Below the pieces are notes generated by a model. The model had not been told where the DNA came from. It saw only the letters and a program-made list of their open reading frames with translations, and did not search any database. Shown piece after piece: positions 16,601-22,674 of a stretch of DNA of 32,000 nt. This stretch comes from Deinococcus radiodurans R1 = ATCC 13939 = DSM 20539 (GTDB lineage Bacteria; Deinococcota; Deinococci; Deinococcales; Deinococcaceae): NCBI RefSeq assembly GCF_000008565.1, contig NC_000958.1, positions 60,001 to 92,000 of the forward strand. The letters run 5' to 3'. A program made the translations under genes and the position numbers. Position 1 is the stretch's first letter. Each line of letters begins with the position of its first letter.

Positions 16601-17071
16601 GCCGTCAAAATGCTTGACGTCCTTGAAATAGGTCGCGCCGACCGTAGGAGAGATGGTTGGCGTCGCGCCCGCCACCGCGTCGGTATCCAGGGGAACGAGT
16701 CCCAGATTGGTGATGGTCTGGGCCGACGTGTTCGTGACGTGGTAGGTCACGCGAACGAACCACTGTCCGTCCTGATGCAGCGTCCCCGAGGAGACGTAGC
16801 TGAAGGCCAGCTGGTTGTCCACCAAGCGGGTGGCCTGCGCGCTCAACTGGCCGGGCACCGAAATCGAGGACGTGACCGGGCCGCCCTGACCGTCGCGGCG
16901 GAATTGAAGTTCGTACAGTTGCCCCACCCGTGTTCTGGCCTGGGGAGCCGGACTGGCCGCTGAATGTTCCGGTTTGGCCGGCGAGCTGGGCAGTGGTTGT
17001 CCGCAGCCGGCCATCATCAGGCTGAGCATCAGGGGCAGGGCACACAGGGCGAGCTTCGGGGGTTTGGGCAT
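13685..17071 (-). CDS. Large multi-domain surface/secreted lipoprotein: shared N-terminal domain, phytase-like/beta-propeller-like region, Big_2 Ig-like domain and a C-terminal beta-propeller-like region
   Basis: I prefer the start at ATG 17071 (AAGGAG 8 nt upstream) over the track TTG at 17122. It has a lipobox, LSLMMAG/C. The N-terminal roughly 210 aa are paralogous to the N-termini of 18759-21962 and 22675-25335 (motifs PLDTD, F-K-x-V-x-H-F-D-G-S-D-A, DPFFYTVVFTAV). The Big_2-like segment is VSNLSVTPDNSTLPVGGTQTFKAIY...VTLTATV. Confidence 0.85.
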   Translation of the reverse strand: MPKPPKLALCALPLMLSLMMAGCGQPLPSSPAKPEHSAASPAPQARTRVGQLYELQFRRDGQGGPVTSSISVPGQLSAQATRLVDNQLAFSYVSSGTLHQDGQWFVRVTYHVTNTSAQTITNLGLVPLDTDAVAGATPTISPTVGATYFKDVKHFDGSDAADQAASLVPGQARDASGQVDTAATPYQPIDTAGQTIALPAGLQLGRGGLSPSGWQTSGVLAPGASTDVTFATQMPATSGTTDPFFYTVVFTAVGSVDVPVTLTPTPGANSKVKLPASSPAYVSGTLGDPTDPASVQGLTFTVADSDADAAGLTVTATSSNPSVGAATLSGSGKTRLLKISPRQTGYADITVTVADGDRASASYVVHYAASQAAGTTSSTRFFSGASNASSAQEVGDGYMVVADDEFNVLSLYPQATSSAPVAQFDFSSLMNLTDTANPEMDLEASARLGNRIFWMGSQSNSKSGKARPNRNRVFATDLQGSGAAATLNFVGSYDHLRDDLLAWDRANGNALGLGASAASGVIPEADGGVGYNIEGLAFKPGSSVAYLGFRAPLEPSGTRNAALIVPVTNFTELVTGTARTATFGAPVQLDLGGRGIRELKCNDQGCLILAGPASGGSSFALYSWNGQSNGAAHLRNDLQALATSMDGSLESIVTMPAGNPDSDALTGQPVQVLTDNGDSVYYGDGKIAKDLVAPAQDWQKFRAETVIVGALPAQTCTVSNLSVTPDNSTLPVGGTQTFKAIYTTSPPNCAVNVSWSSSDPSKLTVDERGVARAEAAGTVTLTATVTPGSGAPVSASTGVTVSAPVTSLPNVAVYRVGDGSAKLTSAATPVFVDIINPNDGSLVRTLSLPTSTSGSNRPLLASGTASSEGMLTRSADAHYLVLTGYAASVGLANVKASDSATTPRVIGRLDSAGTVDTTTTLPDAYSGDNIRSAASTDGRSFYVTGGNSGVRLYALGASSGLSISSAASNLRQLGIFGDQLYVSSGSGNGTKGLLSVGNGLPTTGNQTVSRLPGLSDSVTGDSYGFFWADLDGLPGADTLYIADATSGLQKFSLQNGTWVASGVASGSYIGLAGVQQGNTVTLLATNAGSLVKLTDTSGFLKSLSGTPTLLSPAKANTALRGVALAPLP

Positions 17072-17181
17072 TCTCTGATCTCCTTGAGGTCTTTCAGGCG
17101 TCTGGCCGTCAAAGGTGGTCAAGGTAGATCTCCGGTGTCAGCTGGCTGTCGGCGTGCTGGAGAGAGCTGGTTGAACGTGAT

Positions 17182-18498
17182 TTATTCAGGCACCCGGAAG
17201 GACTCGGTAAACCGCTGACGCACCAGCGGCTCGCCGTAGCTCTCCATCACGCCGCGGTCGTCTTCGACCCAGGCGTGCCCCGTCAGGCCGGTCGGGGTCC
17301 GGGCCACGCCGCTGACGAATACGGCGGGGTGGCCGTAGCGGCGCAGTGCCCGGTAGGTTGCCGTCGCTCGCGGGACGCACACGCCGCGCCGGGACTGCCG
17401 GGGATAGAGCAGCCGCGTCCACCAGTTCACCGCGCCGATCAGGTCGTTCTGGGCACTCAGGCTGAGGCGGCCTGAGACCGGCTGGCCCCAGGGCCGCAGG
17501 GCCGCGCGGGGGTCTCCGCCCTGTCGTCCGACCCGGGCCGCCGCATACACGTCCGGCAGCAGCCGCAGCATCCAGACGGCGCGGCGGGGGGCGTTGCGGA
17601 GCCGGGCACGCCAGAGCAGAGCACGGTGGTCTCGTCCGTCGCGCCGCGCGGCGTCCAGGAGGACAGGCAAGCGACCCTGCAAGGCGCTCGCCAACTCCGG
17701 GCCAGCGGGCTGACAGACCCTGAGAAAGGCCGCCCAGGTCTGGCTGACCCCGAGTTCCTGCGCCCGCCGCGCCAGCGCCTCATCGGTCAACCGGTGCCGT
17801 TCGCGCAACACCTGCAAGTCAGGAACATCGGCGGGCTTCAGTCCCCCCGCGTCGCCCCCCCAGCAGCGGCTGACGGCCAGCGTCAGCACCGCGCGGTCGG
17901 CGGGGGAGGGGAGCAAGACAGGCACGCCGGCCCAATCGGTCGGCACCGCCGAGGCCCACATCTGCCGGGTGAGCGCCTGCATCCTTTCTTGCGGCCCTAC
18001 CTCCCAGGTCGTGACGAAGCGGTGAACGTCGAGCTTGGCCTGCCCACTCGGGCTCACGAGGTGCGCGCATTCATGCGTCCAGGTGGACGGACTGGCGTGC
18101 TGACCGTCACTGCGCCAGCCGTGGGCCAGCGCGAGGTGAACGGCGCGGCTGATGAGGTCGGGGTCATTCGGCAGCAGCAGGTCCAAGTCGCCGTAAAAGC
18201 GCTCGGCGGGGGTCGCGTAGTCGAATTCGGCCAGCGCGAAGCCCTTGAACAGCAGGGCCGGCACCCCGGCATCGGCCCAGAGCTGCAACAGGGGCCGGAC
18301 CTCGCTTTTGATGAGGGCGTGGCGCGCGGCGAGCTGCACGGCGTCCATTTTCAGCGCACCGCGCAGTGGGTGGCCCTGCGGCAAGCGCGGGCGGAGGTAC
18401 CCCCCCAGATGGAGCTGGCGCAGGGTGGGGAGGTCGTCCGCGGTGACCTCGCTGGGCGCAGCGAAGGTCCGTCGCAGCACTTCGGACAGGGAATCCAT
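17182..18498 (-). CDS. Fusion protein: NTP_transf_5 (uncharacterised nucleotidyltransferase) domain plus lasso-peptide B2-type transglutaminase-like cysteine protease domain
   Basis: The N-terminal part has AGVPALLFKGFALAEFDYATPAERFYGDLDLLLPNDPD, the K-G ... R ... D-x-D-L-L pattern of NTP_transf_5. The C-terminal roughly 90 aa, RRGVCVPRATATYRALRRYGHPAVFVSGVARTPTGLTGHAWVEDDRGV, shows the Cys ... His-A-W-V-E ... Asp pattern of B2 leader peptidases. The longest ORF reaches 18606, but its first codons overlap the RBS and start of the divergent peptide gene, so ATG 18498 (MDSLSEVLRR...) is preferred. Confidence 0.85.
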   Translation of the reverse strand: MDSLSEVLRRTFAAPSEVTADDLPTLRQLHLGGYLRPRLPQGHPLRGALKMDAVQLAARHALIKSEVRPLLQLWADAGVPALLFKGFALAEFDYATPAERFYGDLDLLLPNDPDLISRAVHLALAHGWRSDGQHASPSTWTHECAHLVSPSGQAKLDVHRFVTTWEVGPQERMQALTRQMWASAVPTDWAGVPVLLPSPADRAVLTLAVSRCWGGDAGGLKPADVPDLQVLRERHRLTDEALARRAQELGVSQTWAAFLRVCQPAGPELASALQGRLPVLLDAARRDGRDHRALLWRARLRNAPRRAVWMLRLLPDVYAAARVGRQGGDPRAALRPWGQPVSGRLSLSAQNDLIGAVNWWTRLLYPRQSRRGVCVPRATATYRALRRYGHPAVFVSGVARTPTGLTGHAWVEDDRGVMESYGEPLVRQRFTESFRVPE

Positions 18499-18591
18499 AG
18501 GCGCCCAGTACAGCACGCGCAGAGCGTCATGAGAGAACCTTGCACTTCCCTGACGATTTGAGGGTAAGCTGGCGCAGCCCTTCATCTTCTT

Positions 18592-18597
18592 AAGGAG
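18592..18597 (+). promoter_or_regulatory. Shine-Dalgarno (AAGGAG) of the 54-aa peptide gene
   Basis: AAGGAG lies 7 nt upstream of the ATG at 18605. Confidence 0.7.
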
Positions 18598-18604
18598 TTT
18601 ATAC

Positions 18605-18769
18605 ATGTCAGAACATTGTCAGAAGACTGCTGTTAAGCCTGAACCCCGCCCCTACCAGGCCCCTGCCGTGCAGGACCTCGGCCCCTGGAAGGCCATGACC
18701 CTGATTTACAGCCTGCCCATCGGCCCCGGCGGCTCCCGTCCTACTGGTGGTAACAGCAATGTCTGGTAA
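18605..18769 (+). CDS. 54-aa precursor-like peptide with a lasso-type leader motif (paralogue 1)
   Basis: It is not in the ORF track because it is under 60 aa. The sequence is MSEHCQKTAVKPEPRPYQAPAVQDLGPWKAMTLIYSLPIGPGGSRPTGGNSNVW*. It has a strong RBS. A 27-residue block is shared with the peptide at 22448-22633, with many synonymous codon differences (Ser AGC vs TCT, Leu CTG vs TTG, Gly GGC vs GGT/GGG). The block fits Y-x2-P-x-[LIV]-x3-G-x5-T-x. Confidence 0.8.
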   Translation: MSEHCQKTAVKPEPRPYQAPAVQDLGPWKAMTLIYSLPIGPGGSRPTGGNSNVW

Positions 18770-21700
18770 GCGCGCCGCCAATGCCCTCTTGCTGGCTGGC
18801 CTTCTGGCCCTGAGTGCCTGCGGAAGCCAGCAGCCTGCGGGCACAGGCGCGGCGGTGCCTGCCCCAGGGCCCGTGACCAGCGGTACTTCCCGCAGCAGCC
18901 TCGGCGTGTACCAGCTCAGCCTCAGCGGGGCGGGCAGCGCCATCAAGCAGGCCAGCGTGCAGCGCTTGGGCGCTCAGGCGACTGAAGTGGGCGGCCTGAG
19001 CTTCAAGAGCAACAACTACGGCTACTACGTCGACAGCTCGAACAACACCCTGCGGATGTGGGCGACGTTCGACGTGACCAACACCAGTGACCAGCCCCTC
19101 GCCGCGCCGACCTTCATTCCGGTCGACACCGAAGGCGCGGGCGGGACCATCGGCACCACGGCGTTCAAGAACGTGCGCTACTTCGACGGCAGCGATGCTT
19201 CGAGCCGCGCGCCGCTGCTGGCCTTCGACTCGTCGAACGACCCCAAGACGGCGGTCAAGACTCAGCTGCTCCGTGACCTCGACAGCGGCAGCGTGCAGGT
19301 CAACCTGCCTGCGGGCCTGCAACTCGCCGGCACCTCGCACACCGGCTGGAAGATGGGCGCCCTGCCGGCGGGCGCGACCGGGCAGGTCACCCTCGCCGCG
19401 AGCATTCCAGCGGCCAGCAACTCTCAGGACAACCCCTTTTCGTTCGACCTGGTCTTCACCGTGGCCGACAACGTGCCCAGCACCACGCTGACCAACATCG
19501 GTGCGGTTCAGGGCCAGACCCCCGGCGGCGACCGGCCCGCAGCCTTGACCGGCGCGCAGACCATCGAAGGCGTCGTGACAGCGGTCGAGCCTGGTCTGAG
19601 CGGCTTTTTCGTGCAGGAAGAGGGCATCGACGCCGACAGGGACGAGACCACCAGCGACGGCCTGTTCGTCTACTGCGCGGCGAGTTGCCCGGCGCTCAGC
19701 GCGGGCGACCGCGTGCGGGTCAGCGGCACGGTGGCCGAATACGGCGGCGCCACCCAGATGACGGCGCCCACCGTGACCAAACTGCTTTCCGGCCTGGCGC
19801 TGCCGCCTGCCGCCGAGCTGAAGCTGCCGCTCGACAAGACGCAACAGGAGCGTTATGAGGGCATGCGCGTGCGCTTCCCCGAAACGCTGACCATCACCAA
19901 CAACTACACCTATGGCCGCTACGGGCAACTCGACCTATCGAACGCCGGGCGCATGTTCAATCCCACCAACGGGAACGCCAGCGCCAGCGAGCAGAGTACC
20001 ATCACACTCGATGACGGCGTCAGCGCACAAAACCCGCTGGACCTGAACTACCTCAGCGCCGAGCGGACCCGCCGCACGGGCGACACGGTCACCGGCCTGA
20101 GCGGCGTGTGGCATTCGGTTGCCAATCAGCCCATGCTGGAGCCGGAGGGAGCGGTCGAGTTCGTCTCCGCCAACAGCCGCGCCAGCAACGCCCTGCCGCA
20201 TGACGTCGGTGGCAGCCTGCGGGTGGGCGGTGCCAACGTCCTGAACTACTTCACGACTTACGGCGGCAGCACGGACCGCGGCGCAAACAACGCCGGTGAG
20301 CTGGCCCGGCAACGCGCCAAGATGGCGACCACGCTGACCACCCTGAACGCCGACGTGCTGTCGCTGATGGAAGTGCAGAACAATGGTGATACGGCGCTCA
20401 ACGACCTTGTCGCGGCGCTCAATGAGAAAGCCGGCGCCGGGACCTACGCCGCCGTGACGACGGGCTCCGTCGGTACCGACGCCATCAAAGTCGCCATCAT
20501 CTACAAGCCGTCTAAGGTCACGCCGGTCGGCCAGTTCATGACCGACAACAACTCTGTCTTCTCGCGCCCGCCCGTCGCCCAGACGTTCCGTGACAAGACC
20601 ACGGGCGGCGTCTTCAGCGTGATCGCCAACCACCTCAAGAGCAAAGGCAGCTGCCCCACGTCCGGCGACGTGGACACGGGCCAGGGCTGCTGGAATCAAC
20701 TGCGCGTGCGGCAGGCTCAGGCGCTGCTGGGCTTCGTCGATACCGTGAAGCAAAAAAGCGGCGACCAGGACGTCTTGCTGCTGGGGGATTTCAATGCCTA
20801 CGGCGCGGAAGACCCCATCAAAGTGCTGCAAGGCGGCGGATTCGAGAGCCTGAACCTGCGTATTCCCGCAGAAGACCGTTACAGCTACCAGTTCAATGGC
20901 CTGTTCGGTTACCTTGACCACGCGCTGGCGAGCCAGAACCTCAGCGCTCAAGTGAGCGGCATCACCGAGTGGCACGTCAACAGCGACGAGCCGGTTATCG
21001 CCGACTACAACACCGAGTTCAAGAAGGTTGCGGGCTGCACTGGAACCAACTGCACGGGCATCGATCTGTTCGACCCGACCAATCCCTTCCGCGCCAGCGA
21101 CCACGACCCGGTGCTTGTCGGCCTGAACCTGACCGCCGACGCAGGGACCACTCCCACTCCGGCACCGACCACGGCGCTGAGCGCCAACCCCAGCGCCCTG
21201 ACGGTGACGGCGGGCGGCGCAGCCGTGAGCAGCACCCTGACGACCAGCACCCAGAACTACAGTGGCGCCGACTTCACCGTCAGCACCCAGAACAGCGCGG
21301 GTCTGACGGTCGCGCCCTCGGCGACTTCGGTGAGCCCCAACGGGACGTTCACCGTGAGCGTCACGGCGCCTGCGGGCACGGCAGCCGGAACGTACCCGGT
21401 GACGGTGACGACCACAGGTGCAGGTGGCCTGACGGCGACTGCGACCCTCAACGTCACGGTGAGCGTAGGCGGTACTCCTCCCCCCAGCTCGACTGGCAGT
21501 GATCTGATTATCAGCGAGTACGTCGAAGGAACCAGTAATAACAAAGCATTGGAGTTCTACAATCCGACAGCAAACACTCTTGATTTGAGTGCTTATACGG
21601 TCGAACTGTATGCCAACGGCGCGACGAAGGCCACAAATACACAGAAGCTCACTGGGAGCCTGGCTCCTGGCGCTGTCTTGGTCCTGGTCAACGGTTCTGC

Positions 21701-21962
21701 TGTACCTGAGCTCAAAGCCAGGGGAACTGTCAGTAGTGTGACCAATTTCAATGGTGATGACGCCATTGTGCTGAAAAAGAGTGGCGTGGTCATCGATTCG
21801 TTTGGTCAGGTCGGGGTACAGAGCATGTGGGGCGCGGACGTTACTCTGCGCCGTAAGAGTGGCATCGTTTCAGGCGATAGCAACCCGAATGATCCCTTTA
21901 GCGCAGCGACCGAGTGGGACAGTTTTCCAGTTGACACTTTCGATGGACTTGGAAGCCGCTAA
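18759..21962 (+). CDS. ExeM/NucH-type extracellular nuclease lipoprotein (shared N-terminal domain, OB-like domain, endonuclease/exonuclease/phosphatase domain, Ig-like repeats, lamin-tail domain)
   Basis: It has a lipobox, LLALSA/C. The NucH-type segment is IEGVVTAVEPGLSGFFVQEEG...DGLFVY...GDRVRVSGTVAEYGGATQM. EEP motifs are GGANVLNYF, SLMEVQNN, LLGDFNAY, YLDHALAS and RASDHDPVLVGL. The C-terminal lamin-tail domain is DLIISEYVEGTSNNKALEFYNPT. The ATG at 18759 (track GTG 18747) overlaps the upstream peptide gene by 11 nt. Confidence 0.9.
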   Translation: MSGKRAANALLLAGLLALSACGSQQPAGTGAAVPAPGPVTSGTSRSSLGVYQLSLSGAGSAIKQASVQRLGAQATEVGGLSFKSNNYGYYVDSSNNTLRMWATFDVTNTSDQPLAAPTFIPVDTEGAGGTIGTTAFKNVRYFDGSDASSRAPLLAFDSSNDPKTAVKTQLLRDLDSGSVQVNLPAGLQLAGTSHTGWKMGALPAGATGQVTLAASIPAASNSQDNPFSFDLVFTVADNVPSTTLTNIGAVQGQTPGGDRPAALTGAQTIEGVVTAVEPGLSGFFVQEEGIDADRDETTSDGLFVYCAASCPALSAGDRVRVSGTVAEYGGATQMTAPTVTKLLSGLALPPAAELKLPLDKTQQERYEGMRVRFPETLTITNNYTYGRYGQLDLSNAGRMFNPTNGNASASEQSTITLDDGVSAQNPLDLNYLSAERTRRTGDTVTGLSGVWHSVANQPMLEPEGAVEFVSANSRASNALPHDVGGSLRVGGANVLNYFTTYGGSTDRGANNAGELARQRAKMATTLTTLNADVLSLMEVQNNGDTALNDLVAALNEKAGAGTYAAVTTGSVGTDAIKVAIIYKPSKVTPVGQFMTDNNSVFSRPPVAQTFRDKTTGGVFSVIANHLKSKGSCPTSGDVDTGQGCWNQLRVRQAQALLGFVDTVKQKSGDQDVLLLGDFNAYGAEDPIKVLQGGGFESLNLRIPAEDRYSYQFNGLFGYLDHALASQNLSAQVSGITEWHVNSDEPVIADYNTEFKKVAGCTGTNCTGIDLFDPTNPFRASDHDPVLVGLNLTADAGTTPTPAPTTALSANPSALTVTAGGAAVSSTLTTSTQNYSGADFTVSTQNSAGLTVAPSATSVSPNGTFTVSVTAPAGTAAGTYPVTVTTTGAGGLTATATLNVTVSVGGTPPPSSTGSDLIISEYVEGTSNNKALEFYNPTANTLDLSAYTVELYANGATKATNTQKLTGSLAPGAVLVLVNGSAVPELKARGTVSSVTNFNGDDAIVLKKSGVVIDSFGQVGVQSMWGADVTLRRKSGIVSGDSNPNDPFSAATEWDSFPVDTFDGLGSR

Positions 21963-21989
21963 AAACCAAAGTTGAGCTTGAAGGCTTGA

Positions 21990-22020
21990 GCTGCCCAGTC
22001 TTAGACCGGGCAGCTTTTTT
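21990..22020 (+). terminator. Rho-independent terminator after the nuclease gene
   Basis: GCTGCCC (21990-21996) pairs with GGGCAGC (22008-22014) across an 11-nt loop, followed by TTTTTT (22015-22020). Confidence 0.8.
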
Positions 22021-22447
22021 GCGTCCTTATAGTCCATCTCCTTGGCTTAACCTTTCCCTCCGGCCAGCCTTCTTTTCTCTGTTAGCCCCCAAACAGTCAA
22101 ATTGTTGGTGAGTTCAGCTTGAGAATGTCTAGACAAATACTTTTAAGAAACTTTTCTCATACGGCTGTCAGGATGCTGTGACAAATATCGTTTGGAAAGT
22201 GTTGGGTCTTCAGAAAACATACATGTAAACTTCTTGATAAAGTTCATCAATTTTACTCCTCAACTCTTTGCTTGGAAGTTACATCTATACACCCAGGCCA
22301 TTTATCTGTTCCCATTTTTCACATATAGTAAATAAGTCGGAAAATTTAATCGGCTTCTGTGCCCCGCGAAGGCGCAAAAAGCTTATCTGGCCTCGGCTTA
22401 CTGAGGAGGTCGGGTCTGTCTTTTTATTCCCGCAACTTGGATCAGTT

Positions 22448-22633
22448 ATGCAAATAAGTGAAGCTAAGCCGCAAGCAAACTTCTCAGAGGAAGCTGAGAA
22501 AACCAGTCTTGCCAGTAAGTACGAAGCCCCTCAAATAAAGGATCTGGGCAGCTGGAAAACCATGACCTTGCTTTACTCTCTCCCTATCGGCCCTGGTGGG
22601 AGAAGCACACATCAAGACGGCCCATTGTATTAA
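22448..22633 (+). CDS. 61-aa precursor-like peptide with a lasso-type leader motif (paralogue 2)
   Basis: The sequence is MQISEAKPQANFSEEAEKTSLASKYEAPQIKDLGSWKTMTLLYSLPIGPGGRSTHQDGPLY*. It is the in-frame ATG portion of track ORF 22268-22633. It shares the block Y-[QE]-A-P-x-[VI]-x-D-L-G-x-W-K-x-M-T-L-[IL]-Y-S-L-P-I-G-P-G-G with the peptide at 18605-18769. Its RBS is weak. Confidence 0.7.
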   Translation: MQISEAKPQANFSEEAEKTSLASKYEAPQIKDLGSWKTMTLLYSLPIGPGGRSTHQDGPLY

Positions 22634-22674
22634 AAACCGTTCATCTTACAAGTTGTGATGTTTCGAGGATATAA

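Noticed and set aside
17072-17122. TTG start at 17122 for the 1145-aa lipoprotein ORF.
   Set aside because: The internal ATG at 17071 has AAGGAG 8 nt upstream. It yields a standard lipoprotein signal peptide (MPKPPKLALCALPLMLSLMMAG/C). The 17-codon extension is polar and would displace the signal peptide from the N-terminus.
18540-18570. Sigma-70-like promoter for the peptide-nuclease transcript (TTGCAC ... TAAGCT).
   Set aside because: The spacing between the two hexamers is 19 nt and the -10 is poor. It is not strong enough to annotate without transcription start data.
18608-18946. 112-aa minus-strand ORF covering the 54-aa peptide gene and the nuclease start.
   Set aside because: It is antisense to two better-supported genes: a peptide with a strong RBS and a conserved paralogue, and a nuclease with a lipoprotein signal. 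Its product is Ala/Arg/Pro-rich with no motifs.
22268-22447. N-terminal 60 codons of the 121-aa ORF 22268-22633.
   Set aside because: It starts at a non-ATG codon in AT-rich intergenic DNA. It has no counterpart in the paralogous peptide, and its composition (MLGSYIYTPRPFICSHFSHIV...) does not look protein-like. Only the ATG-initiated 61-aa part is retained.
18605-22633. Interpretation of the two peptides as canonical lasso peptide precursors.
   Set aside because: The leader fits the lasso motif. However, the predicted cores start with Ile/Leu, have Gly/Pro/Gly at positions 7-9 (no Asp/Glu acceptor), and no Asn-synthetase-like cyclase is present in the window. I therefore report it as a lasso-related but non-lasso system rather than a lasso cluster.
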